Assembly: GCA_963664195.1 (NCBI GenBank)
Contig: OY760907.1
Span: forward strand, 3,520,001 to 3,584,000
Source of the DNA: an uncultured candidate division Zixibacteria bacterium
GTDB lineage: Bacteria > Zixibacteria > MSB-5A5 > GN15 > FEB-12
DNA length: 64,000 nucleotides
Reading direction: 5' to 3'
In this document: one piece after another, positions 19,653 to 29,603 of the stretch
How the letters are laid out: the number at the start of each line of letters is the position of its first letter
Position numbering within the stretch: position 1 is the first letter of the stretch
Translations under genes and position numbers: made by a program
The notes under the pieces: model-generated
Database searches by the model: none
What the model saw: only the letters and a program-made list of their open reading frames with translations
Told to the model about the DNA's origin: nothing

Positions 19653-21497
19653 TCAGTCCTGTGTGAACGCAATGCCGGTTGGTGTTGCGGGGTCTCTGTC
19701 TGGAACCTCGTAGGTTCTGAGAACCACGCCGTCGATGCTTACCTGGAACAAGTAGTCGAATTCATACGTGCTGTTGGCAATCCAGAAGTTAACGCCATCC
19801 CAACACATACCGGTCGCATACCTGTTGCTTTCTGTGCCATTCGGCGGAATCGGCGTTCCGAATACGGCCGTCCATGTCGAGGCGTCGAAATCGTAGACAA
19901 ACACCGTGTCGATTATGCGATCGTTGCAGTACAGGTCGCCATCAGCAAAGACCACACCGCGCGCTTCGTCACCCGGAGTCGGAATCGAATCCAGGATATT
20001 CCCTGTTGCGGGGTCCTGCTTATAAATCTGATCCGTGGTGCTGTTGGCCGTCCACAGGCTTGTTCCGTCGAAAGTTACTTCTCTGGCGATGCCTGAAGCC
20101 TCAGGCGGAGCGGTGATCGACTCAATCTCGTCCAGCGTTGCACCGCTCGTGTTGAGCTTGATTAACTTATCGTCGGTGCCGCCGGCGCAGAGCCACAGGT
20201 TGGTCCCGTCGAATGTCAACCCCTGGGGCGAGCCTCCCGGAGCGACCTGCGTGAGATCCCACTGCTGCACGATGCTCGTATCTGATATGCGGATTTTGTA
20301 GAGCAGGTCGGCATTGCCATCAGTCAGCCAGATAAAGCCGGAATTGGGATCAATGGACAGTATCGTGAACAGGGAGTCGCCCACCGCTGTTTGACCGTCG
20401 GGATTCGTCACGGTGACATCCCTCGGCCCGAAGTCAGCATCGGGAGCAATGTCGATGATAGCCGTAATGCTGTTGCCGTCAACAAACGTCGCCTGCACGG
20501 TAGTGATACCCGCCCCAAAATCCACCGCCAGACCGTCACCCGGCCTGAAGTCCGTCCCCGCAACAGAAACTATGACAGAACCCCCACGGGTGCCCGTATT
20601 CGGAGAAACCGCCGTAACCGTCGGAGCATTCGCGGTGCGAACATCGCCTGTGGCCCAGGCGATCGGTCCCGGAGTAGGAAACGGCAGTTCTACACGCTCG
20701 CGCTCAATCCCCTTATAGTCCAGTTTGTAGAGATGGTCACCCGAGCTGCTGCTGTTGATCAGCCAGAAGTCCGAGCCGTCGAAAGTCAGCCCGCACGGGA
20801 ATATATAATCGGCTCCGCGCGGGGGCTCCGGCGAGGCAAAAGCTTCCTGAGTGAGCGATATGTCAGTCCGGAAGCGGTATATCTTGTCGAGATCAACGTC
20901 AGCTATATAAACGCCGGACTCAGCCCCGTTGCCGTAGGCGGCACCAGTCTCTCCGGCCCACGCCAAAGCACGCGGTCCTGACTCTGGATACGTGTACTCG
21001 GCGAGTACGGAACCATCGGTGGGATCGAGCTTGTACAGAGTAGGCGAGATAGCATACGTGGCCGAACCGCTGTTTATGGCCCAGAGGTTGGTGCCGTCGT
21101 AGGTGATACCACGAATCGTGCCCCTCCCATCAGGAGGAGCATTCAGAGACCGCAGAACAGCCAGGGAATCTCCGGAAGCGTCTACCTGGAAGATCCTGTC
21201 AATTGAGCCAGCCATGGAAATCCATAAGTTCTTGCCGTCGAAGGCAAGCCCCTGTGCGCGCGTGTCCGCCCCGAGCGGAGCCAGGCTCCAGGATTTCATC
21301 ACGCTGAGTTTCGGATCAAGCATCCTCAGCTCGAACGTACCGTTGTCAATCAAGTAATAATATCCCCCGCGAGTCGTAATGCCGATATCGGAATCACCGT
21401 CATCGACATACATGCTGTCGCATGATACCAGCCATCCCGCTGCTAACAGGATCAGACCAGTGAGAATCTGCAGATGCAGGAGTCGTCCCCGGATCAA
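19653..21497 (-). CDS. Lipoprotein with two beta-propellers flanking an IPT/TIG domain
   Basis: AAGGAGG RBS before TTG at 21497; lipobox LVSC; repeated G(L/I)xFDGxxLW blades; APTVTAVSPN...DVTVTNPDG. Confidence 0.75.
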   Translation of the reverse strand: MIRGRLLHLQILTGLILLAAGWLVSCDSMYVDDGDSDIGITTRGGYYYLIDNGTFELRMLDPKLSVMKSWSLAPLGADTRAQGLAFDGKNLWISMAGSIDRIFQVDASGDSLAVLRSLNAPPDGRGTIRGITYDGTNLWAINSGSATYAISPTLYKLDPTDGSVLAEYTYPESGPRALAWAGETGAAYGNGAESGVYIADVDLDKIYRFRTDISLTQEAFASPEPPRGADYIFPCGLTFDGSDFWLINSSSSGDHLYKLDYKGIERERVELPFPTPGPIAWATGDVRTANAPTVTAVSPNTGTRGGSVIVSVAGTDFRPGDGLAVDFGAGITTVQATFVDGNSITAIIDIAPDADFGPRDVTVTNPDGQTAVGDSLFTILSIDPNSGFIWLTDGNADLLYKIRISDTSIVQQWDLTQVAPGGSPQGLTFDGTNLWLCAGGTDDKLIKLNTSGATLDEIESITAPPEASGIAREVTFDGTSLWTANSTTDQIYKQDPATGNILDSIPTPGDEARGVVFADGDLYCNDRIIDTVFVYDFDASTWTAVFGTPIPPNGTESNRYATGMCWDGVNFWIANSTYEFDYLFQVSIDGVVLRTYEVPDRDPATPTGIAFTQD

Positions 21498-21626
21498 TTC
21501 GTACCTCCTTACGGTAGTCTTTTCCATCACTGCGCGGCCCAGAATCGCCACAAAGTTGTCGGTCACATGCTCGCCGAATCGGCATTCGTCGACTCGCTCG
21601 CACGGGGCTGACACTTCTTGCAGCAA

Positions 21627-21642
21627 ACAAACAACGTGCCAA
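21627..21642 (-). promoter_or_regulatory. Putative sigma54 promoter of the PGA operon
   Basis: Minus strand TTGGCACGTTGTTTGT, 130 nt upstream of the first gene; NtrC-family activator encoded divergently. Confidence 0.6.
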
Positions 21643-21831
21643 GCCTCCTTTGTCTGGCTTCTGCGGCGATAAGTCCAACTGCGACAAGATAAATAGGGCC
21701 GGTACGGCAATCCCACTAATACTTGACCGCCGGCATCAAAAACGTGCTATATTAGCCCACGTGAACGTGCGGATGCAGCACGAATCAGACGATAACTGGA
21801 CGAAACTCGCTGTCTCACAGGGGCGCCAAAC

Positions 21832-21846
21832 GGGCACAGATATTGT
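21832..21846 (+). promoter_or_regulatory. Possible sigma54-like promoter for the two-component genes
   Basis: GGGCACAGATATTGT, nearly identical to the 29578 site. Confidence 0.3.
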
Positions 21847-21950
21847 TACGTGCGATTGGGAGACACAAAACGAATGATGCAAAATGAAACACCCACTAGA
21901 AGACAGGCAGAGTTGGAAAGCATCGTGACTATGATTATGGCAAAAAGCCG

Positions 21951-23513
21951 ATGAATTTTATTCGCATTCACACCCGGGCTATTGTCTGGGCAACCGTGTT
22001 TGCTGCGGTGGTCGTCACGGTATCAATTGCGGTCCAGATTTCTCTCGACAGTTGGACGCGCGAGGTCGTAAGTACCAACAAGACGCTGACCAAGGTCGTT
22101 GCCGAGCAGCTCAACAGCGCCGCACATCCGCTGGTCGATTCCCTGAACGCGGAGTGGGTTTTTGAACAGGATTCCCTGACTCTGGACGAATCCAAGTCTT
22201 TGGATGAGCGCCTCAAACTACTGTCTGACAGTGTCTTTACGCATGTGCACGGCATTGAAGGCGGTTTCTTCATTATTCATCTGGACGAATTCTACGGCTA
22301 CTCCTATCCGACCTCGCCCCCGCCGATTCCAGTCTACGGTCCCCCGCCACGCTCCTACAATTTCATCAAGTCGCAGGTACTGGAGACGATTGACAAGGGC
22401 GAGCAAATCGTCAGACTGCATCAGTTCGATCCGGCCATCTTCCCGCTGGCTACGCATCCGGTAACAGTAGAAGGAAAAGTCATAGGCGTGGTCTGGGCCC
22501 GAATTCATATCGAACGAGAATTACCGGCCATCAAACTCAGACAGGTAATCAATTTCGGCGCGATCATTTCACTGCTCGGTTTCGTAATTGCTCTGCTAAC
22601 CTCGATCTCGCAACGACGCAAGATTCAACAGATGAGCTCCGACCTCGAACAGGTCAAATCCGGCAACGCCCGACAGGTTACGGTCAGCAAGGGGGCGCTC
22701 GGGTTTGTCGGACAATCGGTCAATGCCATGATCAGGACCATGCGTGAAGAGAACGACCGCCGTGAGCAACTCGAACGCGAACTGCATCAGAAGCAGAAGA
22801 TGGCCTCGCTCGGCAAGGTGATCGCCGGAGTGGCTCATGAAGTCAAAACACCCCTCGCGATTATCAAAACCCGAATACAGATATGGCAGCAGGCGATTCG
22901 TAATTCGAAGAATGGAAAAGATATTAAGGGCGTCTTCACCGATGACTCCCTCCAGATGGTTGTCGATGAAGTCGATCGTCTCGCCGATCTGGTCAAACGA
23001 CTGCTCGTCTTCTCAAAACCGCAACCGGGTCGCATGGAGCCGACCGACATCAACGGATTGCTCAAACACAACATCATGTTCTCCGAGACCCGGAGCACCA
23101 AGAGAAGCATCACCATACAATCGAATTTCGATCCTACTGTGCCTCCAATCCTGGCCGACAGGAGCGCACTCGGGCAGGTTTTCATTAATGTCATCAGCAA
23201 CTCTATCGAGGCCGTGTCCGAAAACGGCGCTATCAATGTCAGGACAGAGTATGACAAACTGGGTTCCCTCTGCCGCGTTACTATTGAAGACGACGGCATA
23301 GGCATCCCCGAAGACCTCCAACAGAGTCTGTTCGACCCCTTCGTGACAACCAAAGAAAAGGGGTTCGGGCTGGGATTGTCCATCTCGTACGAAATCATCG
23401 AGGGACACGGCGGCACAATTCAGCTTCGACCGCGCAGCAACGGAGGTACGGTCTGCATCATCACTCTACCAAACAACCAACCCGGACGGGACCTACCAGA
23501 TGAGTCAAAATAG
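21951..23513 (+). CDS. Sensor histidine kinase (NtrB/AtoS-like)
   Basis: Two TMs with periplasmic domain; AHEVKTPL H-box; N, DDGIG and GFGLGL boxes. Confidence 0.95.
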   Translation: MNFIRIHTRAIVWATVFAAVVVTVSIAVQISLDSWTREVVSTNKTLTKVVAEQLNSAAHPLVDSLNAEWVFEQDSLTLDESKSLDERLKLLSDSVFTHVHGIEGGFFIIHLDEFYGYSYPTSPPPIPVYGPPPRSYNFIKSQVLETIDKGEQIVRLHQFDPAIFPLATHPVTVEGKVIGVVWARIHIERELPAIKLRQVINFGAIISLLGFVIALLTSISQRRKIQQMSSDLEQVKSGNARQVTVSKGALGFVGQSVNAMIRTMREENDRREQLERELHQKQKMASLGKVIAGVAHEVKTPLAIIKTRIQIWQQAIRNSKNGKDIKGVFTDDSLQMVVDEVDRLADLVKRLLVFSKPQPGRMEPTDINGLLKHNIMFSETRSTKRSITIQSNFDPTVPPILADRSALGQVFINVISNSIEAVSENGAINVRTEYDKLGSLCRVTIEDDGIGIPEDLQQSLFDPFVTTKEKGFGLGLSISYEIIEGHGGTIQLRPRSNGGTVCIITLPNNQPGRDLPDESK

Positions 23514-24870
23514 AAGCATCCTGATAGTGGACGACGAAGTCTCCATGCGCAGAAATCTCTCGGACCTGTTGACCGTGAACGGCTACGAAGTAGCAGAGGC
23601 CGGCGATGGTGCCGAGGCAATCGACAACGTGGCCGATTATCATCCCGATCTTGTACTACTGGACATCAACCTGCCCAAGCTTGACGGCATTTCGGCACTT
23701 GCGAAAATCAAGGCAGTGCGTCCGGATCTTCCGGTTATCATATTCACGGCCTATGGCACCAGTGAACGGGCCATCAGGGCGATGAAGGCTGGGGCTTACG
23801 ACTATGTCGAAAAGCCGTTTGAACTCGATGAACTCATGCTCATAATCCAACGTGCCCTGGAGTACTCGGAACTGCTCTCCGAAGTCAGGGAACTTCGTAC
23901 CCGTGTATCAACGATTTCGCGGACTGCAAACGTGAACATCATCGGCAGCAGCCCGGTGATGAAAGACATCTTCAAGCTGATCGGCAGAGTCTCGGCAACC
24001 GACGCCACAGTCCTGATTCAGGGTGACAGCGGCACCGGCAAAGAGCTTGTAGCCGATGCCATCCAGCGACATTCGCTGCGTGCTGAGAAGCCGTACGTGA
24101 AGGTCCATTGCGGGGCACTGTCCGAAACCATTCTGGAGAGTGAGATATTCGGCCATGAGAAGGGCGCTTTCACCGGGGCTATTTCGCAGCGTCAAGGCCG
24201 GTTCGAACTTGCCGACGGCGGTACGATCTTCCTTGATGAAATTAACACCATGTCTCCCTCGCTGCAGGTTCGTTTACTGCGTGTCCTGCAGGAACGGACC
24301 TTCTACCGCGTGGGTGGAGAAACGCCGATTCGTGTCGATGTTCGTGTGATCGCAGCCTCCAACAGGGACGTCGGGTCCGAGGTCAAGAAGGGCAGCTTCC
24401 GCGAAGATCTCTACTACCGTCTCAACGTGGTGCAGGTCAACGTCCCCCCCCTTGTCGAACGACGAGAGGACATCCCGCTACTCATCAGACACTTCCTCCA
24501 GAAACACTGCCCTGATCGTGAGTTGATCGTACAGGAAGAGGACCTGCGCGCCTTGCAGGAGTACACCTGGCCGGGCAATGTCCGCGAACTGGAAAACACC
24601 ATCCAGGGCGCTATCGTCATGGCACGGGAGAACGTGGTATCCATAGGCGCTCTTCCCACTCCTCCGGAAGGCAAGGCTCTGCCGATATCACCCGAGAAAC
24701 AACTTGAGAACGGCCGACCTCTGAAGATCATCCTCTCCGACATCGAGGAATCGCTTATCAGGAAGGCGCTCTGGAAGACAAACTGGAACCGGACCGAGGC
24801 CGCCCGCTATCTCGGCATCCACCGCCGATTGCTGTATTCAAAGATGCAGGAATACAACATCAGCCAATAG
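23500..24870 (+). CDS. Sigma54-dependent response regulator (NtrC family)
   Basis: REC domain, GDSGTGKE, GAFTGA, WPGNVRELEN, Fis-type HTH. Confidence 0.97.
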   Translation: MSQNRSILIVDDEVSMRRNLSDLLTVNGYEVAEAGDGAEAIDNVADYHPDLVLLDINLPKLDGISALAKIKAVRPDLPVIIFTAYGTSERAIRAMKAGAYDYVEKPFELDELMLIIQRALEYSELLSEVRELRTRVSTISRTANVNIIGSSPVMKDIFKLIGRVSATDATVLIQGDSGTGKELVADAIQRHSLRAEKPYVKVHCGALSETILESEIFGHEKGAFTGAISQRQGRFELADGGTIFLDEINTMSPSLQVRLLRVLQERTFYRVGGETPIRVDVRVIAASNRDVGSEVKKGSFREDLYYRLNVVQVNVPPLVERREDIPLLIRHFLQKHCPDRELIVQEEDLRALQEYTWPGNVRELENTIQGAIVMARENVVSIGALPTPPEGKALPISPEKQLENGRPLKIILSDIEESLIRKALWKTNWNRTEAARYLGIHRRLLYSKMQEYNISQ

Positions 24871-24934
24871 CCCAGGAGTCGCACACCTCCTTGAAGGAAC
24901 GCGGCGGTCGCAGACCGTGCGGTCATCTTCCTTA

Positions 24935-24963
24935 TTGACAGGATGTATACGTCGATCTATATT
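24935..24963 (+). promoter_or_regulatory. Sigma70-type promoter
   Basis: TTGACA-N17-TATATT. Confidence 0.6.
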
Positions 24964-25029
24964 TCCTCTAAGTACCGAACCTTAACAAAGTCCTATCTAA
25001 TCTGGTTGCTTAAGCCGGGGAGGTTTGCC

Positions 25030-27129
25030 ATGCTGCGATCAATGTTTCACAAGCTGAATCGAACTCTCCCGATATCCGCTAATTCTGGCTGTTACTCTCT
25101 ATTCGCCTGTACTCTGGCCATACTGGTCTTCGGAGGACTGACAGCACAAGCGGCAGTGCCGGTTGTTAGCGGCCCAACAGACTACTCCTTCAGTCACTGC
25201 GAGACGGGGACGCTCGATTTCGTGGCCTCTGATCAGGAGAATAACTTCCCCTACGATTGGGAAATCGTCTCCGGGCCGGGAACCCTTGCCGTTACCGGGG
25301 CACATTCGGCTCGCTGGACCTGCGACGATGCGCCGCAATCCGGCACGGCCGTGCTGGAAATCCGCGCGTGTGACATATCTGGCACCTGGGGACCTGTCCA
25401 TACGGTCAATCTGGAGTTTCTGAACACTGCACCGGAGATTGTCTCAGTCGAGGACATCAGCCCCTGGGAGGCGATGCCAATCGGCGTTGGCCAGACAAAA
25501 ACTCGCACGATTGTCGCATTGGACTTTGATGAGTGTGACAGTCTGAGCTGGTCGATTGTGTCTTGGTTTCCGCAAAGCTCGGGGGACCTGGTCACTATAG
25601 AGGATGGTGTAGTAACTTACAAACCGGCAGACGGAGAGGCTTCCGTGGAGATGGTCGTAGAAGTCTCTGACGGTCTCGAGTCAACTCAGATCACGATTCA
25701 CTGGCGCGTCAGATGGTGTGTCTGCAAATGGCTCCAAATTGACAGAGTTGACGGTGCGATGCCCGGTCAGTTCGCCGATGTCGTCGTAAGGATCAATGAC
25801 TTGGACTCCTGGTACGGACTCGGTAGTTTCGATCTCCTCTTCGCCTATGACGCCGGAATCATGACGTTCAACGAGGCCCTCCGGGGCGATATCTATGAGG
25901 ACTGCAATTGGGAGTACTTGAGCTACCAGGTCGGCATGAATGAAGATGGCTGTGCCACTTGTCCCACCGGCCTGGTTCGCGTTGTCGGCGTGGTTGGAGC
26001 AAGCGGACCGCAAGAGCCTCCCTATTGCATGCTCGAGAATGACAGAACAACGCTGACCGTACTTCGTTTCCAGCTGGCGGACGACGAACGGGTCAGTTGT
26101 CAGTTCGCTCCCGTGCGATTCTACTGGGCTGATTGCGAATCCAATCTACTCACAATCGCTGATGGTACAGAGAGCCAGATATCTACTAATGTGGTCGACT
26201 ACGACCCGTACCAGGGATTCGTGGACATTACTGACGACTTGTCGAGTCTCCCAAGTTATGCCGGAACGCCAGACGAATGCCTGACGGGAGAACCCGGAGA
26301 GCCATACCGTATCTGCACATTCATCAACGGCGGCATCGAAGTCCTTTGCCCGAATGGTGATCCCGAGCCTGGCGATATCAACCAGAACGGCATCCGGTAC
26401 GAAATGTCCGACGCGGTATTGTTTCAGAGATTCCTCACTGAGATCATTCCCTGCCCCGATCCTCCAGCCCAGGGGGGGTATGCCACTGACATTAACCGTG
26501 ACGGCCAGATCCTCACGGTCGCAGACTACGTCCTCCTGCTGCGCATAATCACCGGCGACGTTCTCCCCGGTTCGTACAAAACATCTCCGGCTCCAGCCGC
26601 CTATACGCACAAAAACGGCACACTCGGTGTCGATACGAAGATGGGGGCCGCCTTGGTCACCCTCAGAGGCGACGCGCCGGTTAGATCGCTCGCCGAGGGC
26701 ATGGATATGGCCCAGGGTGTCGTCGAGGGTAACCGTCGCATCCTTCTTTATTCTCTCGATGGCAAAGCTACTTTCTCAGGGGCGTTTCTTGAAACCGACG
26801 CCGAGATACTGAGTATCGAGTTCGCAACCTGGGACGGCCAGACAGTCATGCTCAAGAACCAGCCCCAGACGTTCACTCTGAAGCAGAACTATCCGAACCC
26901 GTTCAACCCGGTTACTACGATCTGCTTCGCTCTTCCCGAGGCCTCCGATGTCTCCCTGGACGTAATCAACGCCATCGGACAAACGGTAGCCCATCTAGTT
27001 GCCGAGCGACTCGACAAAGGTCCGCACATGGTTAAGTGGGATGCGATCAACATGCCCAGCGGTGTGTACTTCTACCGTCTGAAGGCGAACGGGATTTTCG
27101 AAACGAAGAAGATGGTGCTTCTGAAATAG
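25030..27129 (+). CDS. Secreted protein with Ig-like, cohesin-like, dockerin and T9SS-A-like C-terminal sorting domains
   Basis: GGGAGG RBS; PGQFADVVV..LGSFDLLFAYD (cohesin-like); GDINQNG..DINRDG (dockerin); LKQNYPNPFNP..SGVYFYRL..KKMVLLK. Confidence 0.85.
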   Translation: MLRSMFHKLNRTLPISANSGCYSLFACTLAILVFGGLTAQAAVPVVSGPTDYSFSHCETGTLDFVASDQENNFPYDWEIVSGPGTLAVTGAHSARWTCDDAPQSGTAVLEIRACDISGTWGPVHTVNLEFLNTAPEIVSVEDISPWEAMPIGVGQTKTRTIVALDFDECDSLSWSIVSWFPQSSGDLVTIEDGVVTYKPADGEASVEMVVEVSDGLESTQITIHWRVRWCVCKWLQIDRVDGAMPGQFADVVVRINDLDSWYGLGSFDLLFAYDAGIMTFNEALRGDIYEDCNWEYLSYQVGMNEDGCATCPTGLVRVVGVVGASGPQEPPYCMLENDRTTLTVLRFQLADDERVSCQFAPVRFYWADCESNLLTIADGTESQISTNVVDYDPYQGFVDITDDLSSLPSYAGTPDECLTGEPGEPYRICTFINGGIEVLCPNGDPEPGDINQNGIRYEMSDAVLFQRFLTEIIPCPDPPAQGGYATDINRDGQILTVADYVLLLRIITGDVLPGSYKTSPAPAAYTHKNGTLGVDTKMGAALVTLRGDAPVRSLAEGMDMAQGVVEGNRRILLYSLDGKATFSGAFLETDAEILSIEFATWDGQTVMLKNQPQTFTLKQNYPNPFNPVTTICFALPEASDVSLDVINAIGQTVAHLVAERLDKGPHMVKWDAINMPSGVYFYRLKANGIFETKKMVLLK

Positions 27130-27194
27130 CTGCAAAGACACAGAGATGGCCGCTCACCCTGTGGCCACTCTTCCCAGACCTCCCCATAAGAAGC

Positions 27195-27225
27195 GGGGCT
27201 GTCACGCTAATTGCGAGACAGCCCT
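27195..27225. terminator. Hairpin between convergent genes
   Basis: ggggctgtc-acgc..gcga-gacagccct. Confidence 0.5.
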
Positions 27226-27260
27226 GTTGTCATGTGGTCTCTGTGTCTTGTGAGGTTGGA

Positions 27261-29027
27261 TTACTCGGCAAGCGTCACGGTGATCCCCCACTTGCGCGGG
27301 TTGTCCGGCTGACGGACATTCCAGTCGTTGAACGAATGTGATCCGTCGGAAATGTAGAACACGTCGTACTCACCCTTATCGAGTGTCACGGTACCGTCGA
27401 ACATCCGGTTCTTGTCGCCACCGCCGGCGTGGTCGGTATTGCGACGAGTCATTTCCCAAACCGTCTTGCCAGTCTTGGCATCCTCGATCCAGCCGTAGTC
27501 GCAGAAATTCCGATCGCCTGCAGAGTATTCGCCAATCGCAAGAATATTGACCTTGGTCTCCTTTGAAAGCGCGAAATTTGCCCGGCGACGTTCCCGGTCG
27601 CGAACGCGAGTCAGCGAACAGAGGACCTTGGAATCATCCATAACCTCCGCCTCGGTCAGGAAAGTCATATCCTTGGCATCCATACCTTCACCGCCATAAA
27701 TCGTCATGCCCCACGCACTGGGATCAAACGGGCGTTTGACGTTCCACGAGCGATAGGCGTGAGAGTCATCGGTGGTATAGAAGGCAATATACTTGCCCTT
27801 CTCAAGATCAATGATGCCGTCGAACATCCGGTTCTTGTCGCCGCCGCCGGCAGGCTCGGTATTTCGCCAAGTCATCTCCCATACTGTCTTGCCGGTGACA
27901 GCATTCTCAATCCAGCCGTAGTCGGCGAAATCGGAACGTTTACCCGTGCATTCGCCCAGCGCGTAAACGCGCAACTGACAGTCCTTCTTTAGCTCAAACG
28001 CCTGTTCCATAAAATCGTCATTACGAGCGCGAGAGAAGTCGATCAGCGGATCCACGGAAAGTTTCTTGTCCACAAGATGGAACGCGGAAGGGTCGAGATC
28101 CTTGCCCGGGAACAACGTCACGCCCCAGTTCAGCGGATCGTACGGCGGAGCGACATTGAACTCCTCGGCAGAGTGGGAGTCATCCGACGCATAATGGAGT
28201 ACATAGGTGCCCTTATCGAGTCTTACTTCGTCGTCGAATTTGCGGTTCTTCTTGCCGCCGCCTGCTCGCTCGGTGTTCCAGCGGTCCATCTGCCAGACTT
28301 TCTCACGAGTCTCGGCATTGACGATCCAGGCGCCATCGACCGGAGCGTCCCAACCACGCGGGTGCTCAATCAACGAGTATATCCGCAGATTCATCGGCTT
28401 ATCCAAGGTGAACATCTGACGAATGTACTCGTCGTTACCGACGCCGTTGAAGCGGGCAAGGGCATCGGAGAAATCACCGTTGACGTCGAAAGTCTTCACC
28501 TTGTCGACGCCGATTTCCTCGGAGGACACTTTCACATAGCAGTCATCGAGGTAATACCGGACATCGCGGTAGTAGTACTCGTCGTCCTGATCTTCCTCAT
28601 CGTCGAAAATATCACCGAGGAGATCGAAGAAATCCTTTGAGCCGCTCACGTTGAAATTGCCGGTGAAGAGATCTCCGGCATACATGTACAACTCGTACTT
28701 GCCCTTCTCAAGGAACTTGACCTTCTCCGCAAACCGGAGTGCCCGGCTTTCCTTGTGTTTGGCGGAGCGCGCAAGGCTCATGACCCAGACTGGCTGGCGG
28801 GTTTCATGGTCGATTATCCAGGCATAGACTGCCATTTGCTTGGAATAGCGCGTGCGCACTCCCACGGCCTCGATATCGACCTCGGCACCCTGGGTCAGCT
28901 CAAACCCGACCATTTCCAAGTCGCCCTGGCGAATATCATTGATTTCGACCAGCGTCCCGGCGGACGCTATCGCAGCGGAGAACAGAATCACCAGAAATCC
29001 GACCGCGAAACCTATTTTGCTCTTCAT
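27261..29027 (-). CDS. Secreted hypothetical protein built from four beta-sandwich-like repeats
   Basis: Signal peptide; repeated WI.NA.T...VWEM...NT..AGGG.KNR.FD....L.KG.Y..SDDSH. Confidence 0.8.
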   Translation of the reverse strand: MKSKIGFAVGFLVILFSAAIASAGTLVEINDIRQGDLEMVGFELTQGAEVDIEAVGVRTRYSKQMAVYAWIIDHETRQPVWVMSLARSAKHKESRALRFAEKVKFLEKGKYELYMYAGDLFTGNFNVSGSKDFFDLLGDIFDDEEDQDDEYYYRDVRYYLDDCYVKVSSEEIGVDKVKTFDVNGDFSDALARFNGVGNDEYIRQMFTLDKPMNLRIYSLIEHPRGWDAPVDGAWIVNAETREKVWQMDRWNTERAGGGKKNRKFDDEVRLDKGTYVLHYASDDSHSAEEFNVAPPYDPLNWGVTLFPGKDLDPSAFHLVDKKLSVDPLIDFSRARNDDFMEQAFELKKDCQLRVYALGECTGKRSDFADYGWIENAVTGKTVWEMTWRNTEPAGGGDKNRMFDGIIDLEKGKYIAFYTTDDSHAYRSWNVKRPFDPSAWGMTIYGGEGMDAKDMTFLTEAEVMDDSKVLCSLTRVRDRERRRANFALSKETKVNILAIGEYSAGDRNFCDYGWIEDAKTGKTVWEMTRRNTDHAGGGDKNRMFDGTVTLDKGEYDVFYISDGSHSFNDWNVRQPDNPRKWGITVTLAE

Positions 29028-29359
29028 ATAAGTATCCCCTTCCTCAAAGGACTAAAACACAGATTGCACAGAGTTAGCCTAGATACGTGTTGCCGGCTCA
29101 ATTTGTTTCACGCGTCGAAGCTTTGTCGTTCGAGGCACTGTCGCCGGCTGTAGCTCCCTGCGATTCATGTACTTGGTGCGCGCGCCGCACGGAACCGTCT
29201 TTTGGGCCCGTCATTATGGAAACTCTCCCTCGCGTAGGCAAGGTTGAAATTTGATCCTTCTGGAGTGCTGGATTCGTTGGGAGGCCTTTCTCAGCGCCGA
29301 ACCTGCGGAGGCCACTCCGACTTCAAAACGCATTCAAAAGCACCGCGTTTTCGGACCCA

Positions 29360-29473
29360 ATTCGTAACGATATACGCCAAATTCGTAACATATACCCCTC
29401 GATTCGTAATCTTTTGGCCCGAATTCGTAACAATCTACCCCCATTTCGTAACAATCAGCTGCCGATTCGTAAT
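29360..29473 (+). repeat. Six TTCGTAA boxes at exact 21-bp period
   Basis: TTCG at 29361, 29382, 29403, 29424, 29445, 29466 with variable spacers. Confidence 0.9.
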
Positions 29474-29577
29474 CCAGCCCATTTCGGCTGATGTCGCTCT
29501 TCTGCGATTCCAATGCGCTGCCTTGTATACGACTGTCTCCCAACATATTACACGAATACAGCCGAACGCGCCCCGCA

Positions 29578-29594
29578 TTGGCACAGATATTGCC
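29578..29594 (+). promoter_or_regulatory. Sigma54 promoter (consensus)
   Basis: TTGGCACAGATATTGCC = TGGCAC-N5-TTGC. Confidence 0.8.
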
Positions 29595-29603
29595 ATATAC
29601 GGA

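Noticed and set aside
29360..29473. CRISPR or mini-CRISPR array
   Set aside because: Repeat core of 7-9 bp and spacers of 12-14 bp are far too short; no cas genes in the window
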